64,000 nt of DNA. Source: Octopus sinensis. Lineage: Eukaryota. The notes beneath the pieces are model-generated. The model did no database searches. It saw only the letters and a list, made by a program, of their open reading frames with translations, and was not told the origin of the DNA. The translations under genes were made by a program, and so were the position numbers. The stretch spans positions 88,908,001-88,972,000 of the forward strand of contig NC_042999.1 of NCBI RefSeq assembly GCF_006345805.1. Reading direction: 5' to 3'. Below are positions 24,689 to 39,033 of this stretch, piece after piece (within the stretch, counting starts at the first letter, position 1; each line of letters begins with the position of its first letter).

Positions 24689-24784
24689 TAATATTTTCTC
24701 TTACATCTGCGACTCTTTCAGGATATTTATTGTTAATCATATGTACTTTGTGGTGGGGGGGGTTTATGTGTATTTTTTTTCATC

Positions 24785-25195
24785 TTTTACTTGTTTCAAT
24801 CATTAGACTGTGGCCATGCTGGGGCACAATCTTGAAGAACTTTTAGTTGAATGAATCAACCCTAGTACTTACTTTTTTCAACTTGGTACTCATTTTATCC
24901 TTCTCTTTTGCTGAACTGCTAAGTTACAACGATGTAAACACACCAACACCAGCTGTTGAGCAGTGGCAGGAGACAAGCACAGACACAACACTCACACACA
25001 TATATGCATTCATACACACACATATATATACAATGGGCTTCTGTCAGTCTTCATCTATCAAATCCACTCATAAAGCATTGGTCAGTCTGAGGCTATGGTA
25101 GGTGACACTTGCCCAAAGTGCTGTGCAGTGGGACTGAACCTGGAATCAAATGGCTGGGAAGCAAGCTTCTTACCCCACAGCCATGCCCATACCTA
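24785..25195 (-). mobile_element. SINE family A
   Basis: Both halves in reverse orientation. Confidence 0.8.
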
Positions 25196-27488
25196 TAGTT
25201 TCTCTATGTTATTTATTGTTGTGATGAAATTATTTTGAGTAATGTTCATATGTTGATGAATGTGTTTCATTAATTTTTTATTGTTCCAATTTATGGTAAT
25301 ATAAATCACACTTCTTTGTGAATATTCTTGCTTTTGGTTTGAGTGCAGGTTTAGTTTTACCAATGTTTATGATACTGGTTGTAGCTGTGAGGGTGGTTAT
25401 AATAATGATGGTGGTTATGATAATGATGCTGGTAGCATTAGTGCTGTTGATGTTGGAGATTCACACCAACAACACTAAGACTACCAATGCCATCATCACT
25501 ATTACTGAGTATTTGGAGGTGTTTCTTTCATCTGTTTGAATTTCTCAGGTTTTTAGGAGGAAGGCACATAATTTTTTCTTTCTTTCTCCTTTTTCCCTTG
25601 TTTATTACTTTTACCATGTGCTTTCTTATTTATCACTTTCACCACATAACATGTGAGAATGGTCCAAGATAGGGAAGGTTACATCTTGAGAATCATTGCC
25701 TTTTTGTTCTGCTGTTGTTTGAGGGCTTTGAGCTGAACCAAAACATAACTCAGCCCATTGCACTCCAATCAAAACAGGACTCCCTACATTCACAGCCTAC
25801 ATTTCAATTCATTGCAGTATAACACTTATTAAATACATTTCATACAATCTGCTTTCCCTGTTAAACAAAACAGCAGTTTCCAAACAGTTGTTTCTCTTCC
25901 TCAAACGTATTGTTAATTCCATTGTAACACAAATGTTATCACCTAAAACGTACATATTATCTACCGGTTCTAACAAAACATCTAATTATTCCACTGTCTT
26001 CAGTTTATGACTGTGCAATTGCTCTTTCATTTAATGCTTCTAGTGTTGTGGTGTACTAAAAAGATTTGATTTCCTGTTAGCCTGCCAATGATTCCTCTCT
26101 GTATACTATGTATTCGGTAAACTTGCTATGTAATTAGCATTAATGTAACAAGAGCAGTATATTTCATTCCTTTTCTCAACAAATGACCCCTTTAATACAA
26201 ACAACCACTTCATTATAAATAATACATTCAGTAAGAGTCAGCAAGATAGAATCTTTGTAGTCATTTGACCTGCTAGAAATAGCAGCAAATCTTTGTGAAA
26301 TCACACCCTGACATCTATAAAAAAAACATTTTTTTAAGCAATATAGTTCAGGTAGCACTATTCCTGGTTATAGCTAGAACTCTTTTGATCATAATTGACT
26401 GACTCAGGAGTAAATAACAACAACAACTCTTTTAATAAGAAAGAAAAATTCTTCTAATGTGTAAATGTATTATTCTAATTAATCCTTTTGTAATGTAGTT
26501 AACTCAGATCAAATATGATGTAATACTGGTGATAATGTATAAACTTGTTTCATGGTCAGGCTATCAGCAACTATACTGTCAACTCCAATTTAGGGTCTTT
26601 ACCCTGGTGTTACACATTCATATCTATGTGTATACGTAGGTATACGTGTGTAGAATACATCCCCACTTTTGGCACTATTTTATTAGTAAACAGTACGAAC
26701 TGTGTCTAAAGTATATAAGTATTGCTACGCTGAATGTTGGACAGTTCGTGTAACATGTAAAGCAAATAAACACGTAAAACGATAACAATACCTATCACCC
26801 ATCAGAATGAAACTACACATAACATGGTGACAGCGGTGGGATGTATTCTAGTATGAAGGTGGCTGGACACTCTGAGAGGACAAAAATGCAATACATGTCT
26901 TTAAGAAAGGCAAAACTCAATAACAGTAATTCATGAAACCTACCGAGTGGGACCCAAGTAAGGCTTTTATATATAGCATTGCTAACTATCTTGACAATAC
27001 CTGTATCTGGTTCTCTCTCTCTCATATGTATATATACTGGCCTTGCCTTTCCTCTGAGATAGGAAAACCTACATAAGGCCTCTGGTAGGTGCATGGACCT
27101 GAAACAAATGAGTCTTTGCTAAGATGCTAAGAATGATTCTTTTCACATTCTCAAATATGAGAGACATCTGCAGCCCTACAGTTCTGCAATGAATTAACAA
27201 GTGAACTGACCAAAACTGTATCCAGCTACTTCTACGTTTGTTTCACTTCCTTTCTTTTTTTTATTTAAAAAATACATCAATTAGATGAAGAGATAATAGT
27301 GTATATGGCTTTCCTAGGCCTTCTCATACTGGTAAGAATGGGATTTATTCCTAACCTAAAAATATACAAGTCAGTGTGTGCAGAAAAAACATATCCCCTA
27401 GGATACTCCCAGATATTCAATATAGATACACTGAGATGAGAGTAGCTCTGCATTATATTAATTGCGATTTTAGAGCCTATGATATTAC

Positions 27489-27606
27489 CACCTATTTCAG
27501 AAGATAGTGAAAGGAGTTGAGCATTAGATGCATCAGCTCTCTTTGAGTCATCTCTTTTCATTGTACGTGTTTTCTCCATACTTCTTTCTAAGTACTTCTC
27601 ATATTT
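27489..27606 (-). CDS. candidate internal coding exon of an unidentified gene
   Basis: CTAAC..ATTAG acceptor, single open frame KYEKYLERSMEKTRTMKRDDSKRADASNAQLLSLSSEIG, donors at 27491 or 27488; no homology recognised. Confidence 0.25.
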
Positions 27607-27649
27607 CTAATCAGTGCATATGTTAGTCTACTGGCTATACATTCTTTTA

Positions 27650-28015
27650 TTTTTTACTTGTTTCAGTCATTAGACTGTGACCAGGCTGGGGCACTGCCTT
27701 GAAGAATTTTTAATTGAATGAATCAACCCCATTACTTATATTTTTAAGCCTGGTATTTATTCTATCAGTCTCTTTAGCCAAATCTCTAAGGGACATAAAC
27801 ACGCCAACACCAGTTGTCAAGCAGTGATGGGGAAAAAATACAAAGATGTATACACACACACACGTGTGTGTGTGTGTGACAGGCTTCTTTCAGTTTCCAT
27901 CTACCAAATCCACTCATAAAACTTTGGTTGACCTGAGGTTATAGCAGAAGACATTTGCCCAAAGCACCACACTGTGGGACAGAATCTTGGGAAGCAAACT
28001 TCTTACAACCCAGTT
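27650..28015 (-). mobile_element. SINE family A
   Basis: Both halves in reverse orientation. Confidence 0.8.
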
Positions 28016-28789
28016 GTATCCTATTTATCAATGCTGTTGTTAGTAGTTATAGTTTTGTTGTTGTTGTAGTTATTTAACTATGGATCAGCTGCTATAATCA
28101 AAAAGATGTTCCAGCCAAGGCCATTACTCCTTATTTTCAAGCATTTGTATTTTTAAGAATCCATTATCTTATGGGTTTACCCATGGCTTTAGGCATCTTA
28201 TACTTAGGATTACATCATCTAAAGTATCCGGTTTTCAACACGGTAGGTTGGGGTTAGTGTGTGATTAGGCTGTTATTTCAACCTTGTTGAATAACTGAGT
28301 AATGACTTTCCAGTCGACTTGAACATACCAGCAAGATGATAGTTCATTCGTCAATGTATTTACTAGCTTAAAATGTTGTAAGTACTGGTGTTGGATGTAT
28401 TGCTATAAACTACGTGACTTGGTTATCTCAGCCAATCTCAAAACAAATAAATAAATTAATAACTAACTAAATAAATAAAAATGAAACCTCCCAATTTTTA
28501 AATTTCAAATAAGTTTAAAGAAGTTACCTCCCTTGCATCTTTCAACCGATAACAACTTTCTTCTAATTTTGTTCCTGTAGCTTACTGTTGAGAAGTTTTG
28601 CTATTTCCATAATTTTTAGACTTTCATTTGTACAATTGGGCCCATTCATTTTACCACGTAATAACAATTGTTTATAATCATTCAAGATTACAGGTATGTT
28701 TTATATATAGTAATACATATGTGAATAGTTAGATACGTTTAATTGAGTTTTATCTGTTACGATAACTTAGCTTAGATCACTGTAGACAG

Positions 28790-28965
28790 TGAAAACTTCT
28801 CGTCTATCAATGTTAGGAAGTGACAGGAGTAACCGACAGAAAAGTGGTGTAAAACCCGTACAAAACCACTTGTCTGATAAATACCGAAAATGATATATGG
28901 GTCGCGTACGGACCGCACATGGTGACCATTTTATATGCGTGTGTTTGTTGTTGCTGAAGGTATGT
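28790..28965. promoter_or_regulatory. CpG-rich promoter-like site, possibly bidirectional
   Basis: ggaagtg (ETS-like), gggtcgcgtacggaccgc CpG cluster, gaccatttt (YY1-like), AAG|GTATGT donor at 28960. Confidence 0.3.
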
Positions 28966-29374
28966 TACGTTCTATGAAGGGCCAACTAAATTTGCTTTAC
29001 GTGGAGCAGTCGAAACCCACATTATGCCTTTGAATACCAACAAGATCTGGATAAACCAATGCGGACTTGGGCAAACCACAGTGGATTATCCAGATCGTGC
29101 GTATTGTTTCCGTCAGGTTTGCTTACAAGAATAGCATAAACTGTTCATCCACAGTCTCAGATAACTGGCTACATAAACTACAAGCTAGTCATCTACATAG
29201 TCAATCCAAATAAAAAGCATGGACTGGGAGTTAGTCGCTGGGAGTGGAATGCATTACACCAGACAGAAAAACTATACGGCAGCCAGGTTAGTGAGTTACT
29301 TAGGCCGGACTTGATAGGGAATGATCGTCATCAGCCAGTGGTATGTACCCCTGAAGACAACTAATATAGATATG

Positions 29375-29735
29375 GGACCTTTTCGGTTTGAACGGCAGTT
29401 TTTTCTAGCGGTGTCATATGAAATTGTCACCCATAATTATGACCCTAGTATCGAGCTAATGCATTTCAATCTGTTTTAGAGTTAGGAGTGGGGGAAGGGT
29501 ATCTTTTTTTCTTCACAAATGTAAATAAACCCAATCTGTTTCTTAAACGAGGGACATATTCATACGGCACAGAATGTTCTTTACCTCAATAGACGCCAGT
29601 GATTGGTTAAAATTTCTCAATAAAGCCAAGAGAAAAAGAATTTTTATAAACACATTCTACCAGGGTACAAAGTTTAAAATTTTTTTAGTTACCTAGAAAT
29701 TATGTTAAAAACTGCCGTTCAAACCGAAAAGATCC
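29375..29735. mobile_element. MITE with ~29-bp TIRs, GG..CC termini and 8-bp TSD
   Basis: ggaccttttcggtttgaacggcagttttt vs aaaaactgccgttcaaaccgaaaagatcc (1 mismatch); TSD TAGATATG, right copy split by a Helitron. Confidence 0.88.
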
Positions 29736-29741
29736 TAGATA

Positions 29742-30135
29742 TCTTTATATATATAAAAGTGAAGTTGTGTGTCTGTCTCCTACGATTTAGATTCCTAACT
29801 ACTCCCACATTTTGCGGTGCAGTTTAACCAAAAGCGGGTATATTCATATCGAGCCCTTCTGGGTATTAGCGCGCGTCTACGATGAGTCTACGATTTTAAA
29901 AATAATTTACCATCATTTTTTTCCATTTTAATGCATTTTTTCGCTATTATATAAGGGAAGTAACTCTCTAAAAATGTCTACGATGAGTCAACAATTTAAA
30001 AAAAAATTTACCATCATTTTTTTTTCCATTTTTAATGCATTTTTTTTTTTTTTGCTATATTTCGGCTATAACTCTCTAAAAATGCTTTATAGTAATTCCC
30101 TTACAAACCCGTGCAACGCCGGGCGATACTGCTAG
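29742..30135 (+). mobile_element. non-autonomous Helitron
   Basis: 5' TC, subterminal cccg..cggg hairpin (30108-30123), 3' CTAG, inserted between A and T, no TSD, internal ~75-100-bp duplication. Confidence 0.85.
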
Positions 30136-30619
30136 TGTTAGATAAAACAGAGATAAATGGGAAACTGGTCAGCAACATAGAAGAGCGATTAGGTAACATC
30201 ATTTTTAACATGCTAGCAGCGAAGATGGTGTTCAGTCATTTCTTTGACTTGCAATTCGTTGGTTGTATTATCAGGTTTAAGATATATGCCCTTATATGTA
30301 ATGGAATAAAGACCATTCGACAGGACTGAGAGACAGAGGCGCGACAAAGAAACAAGGCCACAATGCATTATGGATGTGTGCTATTATATTTATAGATGGT
30401 CGTGGTTTCACGTGGTGAAAACATCTAATAACGTATCTGTTTAGAAAGCTGGAATAGAAGATGTCATTCGAAGAACACTGTACAATGAATATCCACAGAG
30501 CCAAGCTGTGGCTTTTAAATGCCTTTTACTCCAGGTCACAAATATATACAAGCTGAATAAATCATGAAGGTTATTTACAAGTGAAGGCCATATCCAGTTT
30601 CTGTGTGTCCTATGTTATA

Positions 30620-33200
30620 GTTGCTCAATGTCTTTGCAAGAGCTAAAGGAGGTCATGTCCTGGCACGCTACTGTCGCGATGACAAAGAGAATAAATTAAG
30701 TGCCGGGCCTCAGAGTTACATGCTGTGTCATCTAGTGGCAAACTATTTAGACATCTACCGTCAGGGGAGGTAACTACGCTTACAGAATCGAGATGGGTGA
30801 GTATGATTTTTCAGCAGTACTTTTTCGACTCATCGGAAGAAGCAGTGGATTAAAGATGGAGGACATCGACATCTACCAAGAAAACCTGCTGCAACTTTCA
30901 CCAGAGTGACTGGAGTGCTGCAAAAAGCTGATAATCGCTGCTGAGATACGAGAGGTACTGAACAGGTGTTGAGAGGAAATTGCCGGGCCTGGATTATTTC
31001 TCTAACGGGATTTACGTATACATATCAGATATGTTTGATAAGATCTTGGCGGTTATATACTGCATCTGGCAGCAAAATTCGGAGAATTTCCAGTTCTGTG
31101 GAATGGAAAGTGAAAGCGTTGTTGAAGAAGAGTGGGAGTAAGGGGAATATCATCAATAATTTCAAACTTGTAACTCTGCTGAATGCAGATTTTTAAAAAG
31201 CTCGTAAAGAAGTCGGTACTTATGGCTAGGATCGCATGGACTAGTGTTATTCTCAGCGATCTATTCTTGACAACATCTATCTCAGGCAAAACATCGTCGA
31301 AAGTTAGGCTACAAAGGAGGTCTGATTACCAATCGAAAGCTATTGACAGGGTCAACAACAGTTATTTCGTAGTTGTCTTCAATGCAGCCGGTTTCAACTT
31401 TTTCAGAAGTTGGATTGTGGCCGTGTACAACGGAATTTGCTCAGTGGTCAGAATAACTGACCATCGATCAGAACCGTTTCAGATCTGATTGTCAAAGGTA
31501 TCCCCTCTCATCTCTTTTGCAATTTTTGACTCTAGAGTCATTACTGAATGTGCTGAGAGTGTTGAAAGGCGTCCAACTCGAACTGTGACGTGAAAAAGCC
31601 ATGTCGGTTTATGTCAATAGCGTTACATACATGTTGCCGGGCATAGAAATCAGGATAACAGGCACTATTCTGAAGGAGTATGATGTAACAGCAGAGGCAT
31701 TGCTACTCAGCCTCTCAAAAAGAATTTTTAGATAGGGTAGTATATGTCGCTAAAGCGAAGGTCCAACTAAGCTATTTGAAATCCAGGAGGAATTATCAGC
31801 AAATACCCTGAGGATTGCACAGAAATAGAAACTGTATGTATGATATTTGCAATCATTTGCTGCCTTGTTACACTTCGCATCTGCTTAGACAGGAGTGTAT
31901 GTTTTCTCGCGTTGTGTGTGTGTGTTTTTCCTTTTCGCAAAGAAATGTTGGTTTTCTACTGGTCAGAAAATATCTGAAAATATGCAGGCATGTGCAATAG
32001 CATTTGCTAATATTGCTCTCTGGTAACTAGACGTAGTTTTATTTTCATTTTTTTTTTCTTTGCAAGCACGTTTTCATTACAGCTCATCTCTTCGTTCGAG
32101 CTAAACTTTCTGAATTGAACGAAGACTGAATTAAGTATCTGACATCTGGAATGATATTAACTACTAAATGCAGCTTGTTTCAGTTCACTCTTCAGAGGTT
32201 GGATTGCTATACTGTACACCTGCAACTACTAGGTGGTCAAACTATTAATTATTACCGTATGTTCCAGTTTTTATTTACGTACATGCATATCTTTCACTCT
32301 TTCTGGAAGAGCTGCGTTTTTCTGGTCTGGAGATGTCTTTTTGTCTATCCTCTGCGCAGAGGGCTCGGTCTACCGTGGCTGATGATATGCATACATGCAC
32401 TAAGGATGTAGCACGAGCAGATATTTCTGGTTAGTGAGAAGGTGTAGTCTACGTTTATGAAAGATTTTTTCAGCATATCCTTTTTTATGGAGCCTTGAGT
32501 CAAACGAAGACTGCAACAGTACCTGGCATCTGGAATATTGTCAGGTACTCACATTCCTCTACCAGTGCAACGTGGACAGTAAGTTCTTTAGAGAACTATT
32601 GGTTGGTAAGATTGACAACGTTCTTGGACGACGTTCTGATCATCGATTGAGTATCAATTAAATAAGATTTTCACCCCAGAGTTTATGGACTTTTAAAAAT
32701 CTTTGGCCTGGCAGTACTATCGAGTAGAGTTGGATGTATTGCTGGTTCAGAATAAACGCTAAAAATGCGTTAAAGTCATCTGTCTGCGATACTTGCAAAG
32801 CAATGAAACCATTCTGTAAGCATTCATTTTGTAACTGAGCATTGCTGACTTGTGAAGTTGTTGCCGTATGTAGGACAGATCTGGCAACCAAATGAGTTTA
32901 GCATGAGGATCTCCCTGGTACCGTCTCTTTGGCTGAAAGGCGTAGGCAATTTTCCTATATCTTTTGACCATGGCGAAAACGATTGCATAATGGACAACGT
33001 TGAAAAAACTAACGACAGACACCTTCTTCAATCAATCTCTCGTTAACTTCTTCAAGTTCTATTTGGGGGAACACGAGTGGGCTTATTGTCAGCATATAAT
33101 TTATGCTGGAGAACCAAGCTTAGAGGGGTTACTTACTCTTGGTAGACAGAGAATTTTGGATTGCGGGTTCTTTGACTGGTCTTAGGTGACTGTCTTTCTG
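30620..33200 (+). pseudogene. decayed Tx1/L1-like LINE ORF2 (RT to C-terminus)
   Basis: LLKKSGSKGNIINNFKLVTLLNADF; DYQSKAIDRVN..AAGF.FFRSWIVAVYNGICSVVRI..SEPFQI; C-terminal NFFKFYL; many stops and frameshifts. Confidence 0.75.
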
Positions 33201-33292
33201 CTGGGATGTTTCATTTTATGCATTTGCATATTATTTTCTATGCCTACATATGTGCGTGTGGGTGGGGGGATTGAGGGAGGAGCAAAAATGTA

Positions 33293-33610
33293 GTTGAAGG
33301 AGCGTGGCTTAGTAGTTAGGGTACACAACTCACGATCATAATGTCACGAGTTCGATTCCCGGCGGATCGTTATGTCCTTGAGCAAGACACATTGCTTCAC
33401 ATTGCTTCAGTCCATCCAGCTGGCAAAAATGAGTTGTACCTGAATTTCAGATGGCCAGCCTTGTCACATCCTGTGTCACACAGAGTCTCCCAAAAAACTA
33501 CATTAAGGGTAATCGTGTCTGTGGAGCATTCAGCCACTTGCACATCAATTTCACAAGCAGGTTGTTCCATTGATCAGATTAACTTGAACCCTTGTTGTCA
33601 TAATTGATAG
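33293..33610 (+). mobile_element. tRNA-headed SINE family C
   Basis: ggagcgtggcttagtagttagg..gagttcgattccc..gtccttgagcaagacac; parallels 50570-50880. Confidence 0.8.
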
Positions 33611-34769
33611 AATGCCATTTTGAAAATGTTTTAGAATGTGCTGCCTCCCATAAAATTTGCTGAAAAATGAATGAGGATGGCAAACAGGTTTCAGCAAATG
33701 GGTTTGCTTTAAGCATGACCCTGTAGATTGAGATAGAACCTTTGCTTTAGTGGTCAAGGTGACTATGATTCTGAGAGTTTTCCATAAGTAACACTCTGAG
33801 GTACCGTCCTTTTGAGGAATTATTCTTTGTTTGAATTTTTTATCTTTTTATTATATTATTTTCCTTTTACATGCTTTTTTATGGTTTCTCACACTGTATC
33901 TTACTATACCAAACTCCATGTTTTTTACCATCATCATCATCATTATGACACATGTGTCAAACACACACTCCATCCTTCATCTTTCCAACTTTGTCACCCA
34001 ATTTTTCTCAGCTATTTTTCCAATTTTTATTAATTCTATGTCGGAAAGTACAGAGATTGCAATTCAGAAAAACAAATATTTTGTAAAACTTCCGTTTTTT
34101 TTGTTTTAAATTTCCACTTTTCTCTTAACTTTCAGGATATTACATCCCTATATCAATTTTCTAGACATTTTAAAATTCGTCAGGTCATTTGTAGATGTGA
34201 GAATGCATGTTGCACCTGCAGATGAAATACAAGAAGCCTTTAATGTAGTTACTTGAGAAGCATAATAACCACTTGAATGCTACCATATTGTGAGGAAAGA
34301 AAATTTGGGATACAATAGTGACAGTTTAAAAAGTGTTAATGATGTGTTATAAGAAAGAACCACTTCACCACTTAGGTAGGCCTATGAAGATTGACAAAAA
34401 GGATCAGAAAATTTGTCTTGTTTTGCGTAATTAAGACAATTTGAAACAATTAAAACAATTTGGATGCAGACTCTGTTTTACTTTTTCATTAATGAAAATG
34501 GAGTAGATTGGGGGCAATATTTTTCTTAGTATTTCATTGGAAGTCGATTGGTGTAAGTGAGAGCAGCTATCCTGAAGCATTTCTTATTTCTGACAGGTGG
34601 GTTCAGGTATTCCAGTAGCTGGAGAAGTGGGGATATAAAGCTTTAAACATTTCTTCGAGAAAGTAGAATTATACAGATGCAAAATGCAAACTCCACTTTC
34701 ATTTCTTATTATTGAAGGTAGGGGTTGGGGCTTAAGGGCAAAAAACTTACCTATTATTTTGGTAGAAGT

Positions 34770-34985
34770 ATAAAGCAGCAAGCTAGCGGAACATTAGCAC
34801 TCTGAGCAAAACTCTTAGCAAAATTTCATCCGTCATTACATTCTGAGTTCAAATTTCACTGAGATCATATTTGCCTTTCATCCTTTCAGAGTCGATAAAA
34901 TAAGTACCAGTTGAACACTGGGGTCAATATAATCTGCCTACTCCATCTCCTGAAATTTCTCTCCTTGTGCTAAAATTTGAAACTG
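34770..34985 (+). mobile_element. SINE family B
   Basis: ttctgagttcaaat..tttgcctttcatcctttcagagtcgataaaataagtaccagttg. Confidence 0.8.
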
Positions 34986-35104
34986 TTACGATTGTTATTG
35001 TTACTAGAGAACTGGCCGAATGCATAGTATCAACAAACTCCAATCCCTAAAAATTGCTGACTTTGCACCTAAATGAGAAACTATGATTATTATTATTGAT
35101 TAAG

Positions 35105-35290
35105 CACACTGGGCAAAATGCTTAATGGCGTTTTGTCCACCTTCATGTTCTGAGTTCAAATTCCGCCAAGGTCGACTTTGCCTTTCATCCTTTCAAGGTC
35201 GATAAAATACGTACCAGTTAACTAAAGAGGTCAATGCCATCAACTTACATCCTCTTCCAAAATTGCTGGCCTTGTACCAAAATCTGAAAT
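35105..35290 (+). mobile_element. SINE family B
   Basis: ttctgagttcaaattccgccaaggtcgactttgcctttcatcc..gtcgataaaat. Confidence 0.8.
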
Positions 35291-37639
35291 CATTATTGTT
35301 ATTATTGATGTTGTTGTTTTTAGTAGTAGTAGTAGTAGTAGTTGATGATGTGGATGGCAATATAAAAATGACTGAAGAGATGAGGTCAATGACGATGATG
35401 ATGATGATGATAGCAATGACGGTGATGATAGTGATTAGATAAAGCACTACATGCAGCTATGTGATGCTGGCACCTATCGCCATCTGTGAATTGTATATCC
35501 ACAATTTCATTTGATTTGGCAGAAACTGTAAACAACCAGTATAACTTCCATTTATTTATTTATTCATTTATTTATTTATTTTCTGTCTATCATTTAGTGA
35601 AGGTCATCAAAACATAAGATAATGTTGTATATCCCATAATTAGGTTAACAATGTGGAAAACTGCTGTTTCTCTGTTTCTCTCTTAGGTTTTGTTATTATC
35701 AGGTATGATAAAACAACCAATCTCCTGCCATAGAACTAACTACAACACCAACACAAGCAATACACTGAAGAGAATTAAATATAAATACAATCAGAATAAA
35801 GGAAAAATGCTAAGCATATAGGCTGATGTATTAGCAAGTAGGTTTGAAGTGGTATGTTTTTACGCCCAAACCAACAAGTTTCATTTTTATTGGTGCAAGC
35901 GGGTTGAGTAAGAGAAGAGTTTATCAATCCAATTAATTTAAGCCATCAATAAAACACAATTAGTGAATGTGTTTCACACAAAAAGCACTTTAAATCAATC
36001 AGTTTTCTGTCTCCAGTCACTGTTATTTAGCATTCCATTAATGATGAATTCGTCCTATTGTTTCTCTGATTTCTTTTTAAGCGTTGGCTGCCACTGTAAC
36101 CCCACCATCACTGTTGGTGTTTGTTATCATCCTCACCCCCCATCATCATCATCAACATCATCACTACCACCACTACCAACACCACTATCACCATCGTCAT
36201 CATCATCATTGCCACCACTACTAGCACCACCACCAACACCACCATCACTATCATCACCTTCATCAGCATCATTATCGTTAATACTAGACTTTATTATCAT
36301 TATTATTATTATTTTTAATTTATAGAACACAGAGAACTATAAAAGTTATTACTTTAGTGATGACAACACCAACCATTTGTATAATTACTATCGATTGTTC
36401 TAGAAGGAAATAAAAACAAAAGGAAAGGGAGAAAAAAAGAGAAAGAAGAAATCATAGTTAAAATGCTTATTGAGAAATCCATTATCAAGATTCATTCTGT
36501 TGAGATAACTCACTGAGTTTTAGTCTGGTATCTGACATGTAATTACAGCAATTGTAGGATATCATTTCAAATCTTTATCAAGTGCAACACAGAGCATTGT
36601 AATATATCAATGTTCTGAAATATCACCTCTACAATTATATGATATTACATAGCAATTTTAAATGTTTATTATATTCTTACAGATGTATTTGTGAAGAACT
36701 TTTTGCAAGATGCCATGTCATTAGACATTTGTGTCTTAAGCGTGAAATCTAATAAATGATTGTTGTAGCACAGGAGGATCAAGTGACGGGAACAGGCGTT
36801 TATGCACTTAGCTTTTGTAAGTTTGGATTTCATTATTACAGGTGACTCCAATTTCCCCTCTGATGTCTGAGTGCAAAAAGCTTCTTCTCTTTATTTTATT
36901 TATCTTTTTATTTATTTATTTATTTATTTATATTGGTTTGATCTACAGGGAAGGGTTGTGCCCTTACTAACACTGATAAAATTTATGCCAATGGCATAGT
37001 ATGGAGTGTGTCTAGGTATGTGCACCTCACAGCGTGACGACTTTGTGAATGCATATTTGCTGTAGTCATTGGTATGTTATATTAAAGGAAAATATGGAAA
37101 ATATTTTAAAAAGGGAAGAATACAAGGATGTCAAATTTCTATAAACAAACGTATGTGATAGGTAGGAATCAGAGAGGAGGAAAGAAGGTATAATGACATA
37201 CATACACGTGCACACATGTACATGTGCATGTGCGCATATACATACATACATATACACACACACATATATACAGATATATACATATGCATATATATACACA
37301 TATGCATATACATATACATACATATATACACATGCATGCTCACAGATCCGTAAATGTATTCATACACACATGTGCATGTGCATACATATTCACATATATT
37401 CACACACACATATATACATGCAGGCACACATGCACTTACAGTCACATACGCATGCACACATGTACTTACGTATACATGTATACACACACTCACTAATATA
37501 TATTTGTATATATGTATGCATGTACATATACATACACACACACACACACATATATATTTACATACATACATATACCAACATACATACATAAAAATACATG
37601 CACACACATTTACCCGCTTGTATGTCCATATACGTAGTA

Positions 37640-38040
37640 TTAAATGACTGAGGTCCTTAAAGTAGGTAGTATTCTGGATAGTGTTAGTAGGACAGTTTGG
37701 GTAATGTTGTGGTCTAGTGCATGGGTTTCAATGGTGGAGCCATGTACATGTTGGGCGCTTGTGTATTCAGAGTTGTTATAGTGTGAATTTTGATAGTAGA
37801 GAGAAAGCTTTTGTTTATTAGAGGTTGTTATGATAGACTTGAAGTTGGGTGGGGTGGAAGAGGATAGCTTCAGAGTAGATCTATTAAAGATAGAGTAATA
37901 TTTATGTTGTGAGTGAAGTTGAAGTCCAGCATATTAAAGAAGGATTTTCACTAAATTCTTAACGTTTAGTGAGAGTGAGGTGTATACCACTTTCTTTTAG
38001 GTGCTTATAGGTAGTGCTATCTATATTTTTGGAAAATAGA
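37640..38040 (-). pseudogene. Penelope-like RT-EN linker relic
   Basis: HKYYSIFNRSTLKLS..PNFKSIITTSNKQKL matches the PLE motif HKIFNRNTLKLSYSCMPN. Confidence 0.65.
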
Positions 38041-38838
38041 GACGGGTAGCATGGCTCATTATTGTTAGCTGGCAATGACACACCAACCATCAGAATCTCA
38101 ACAGACCACACATGCACTATGCTAGAACCCCAGGAGAACCTGCATTAAGACAACCTAGACCATACACACACACACATATAACACTAGGTCAAAAGCTAAA
38201 ACAGCTAACAACAATGGGCCATGCTACCAACTAACACTCCTTTTCTCATTTGTTTCACCTTTTCCTTTCTTTCACTCTTTTCACTTTTTCCTTCCCTCTT
38301 TTTTTCTTTTGTTCCTCTCTTTCTTCCTTTCATTTTCTCTTCCTGTTTTCATTTTGACCTATCTTCTCATTCTAATCATATACATCTCTCACCCCCACCA
38401 TCTATTCACAAATACTACCAATACATTCTCAAATTTTCATTCACACCACAAAACCCTTTTGAATGAGCAATACAGAATCCACTGCTCTATACCTTGAAAT
38501 GACTACACATGAACTACTATTGGAACTTACATACTATACACAGGAAACATTTTTTTACCACTTCTACACACCACTTTCCTCAAATAATGGAACTGCAGCT
38601 ACAATATCTTTATATATTTTATTTCTACTTTCATTCTCTTATTTCCTTCTATATTCCCTATCTCTTCCTTTTCCATAATAATTCCTTATTTCGAATTCAA
38701 ATATTTACCACTATTTAACCAACTCACACCATCTCTGAAACAGCTGTAAGACTATATCTATAACTTTTTCCTTATTAATGTCCTGAAAACTCACAGCCTT
38801 GGCTTTGTTATCTCATTTTGTCCAATATATATACATAC

Positions 38839-39033
<195 letters not shown>

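Noticed and set aside
26905-26960. HETYRVGP resembling the Tctex1-domain N-terminus
   Set aside because: Only ~8 residues; none of the downstream Tctex1 motifs could be found.
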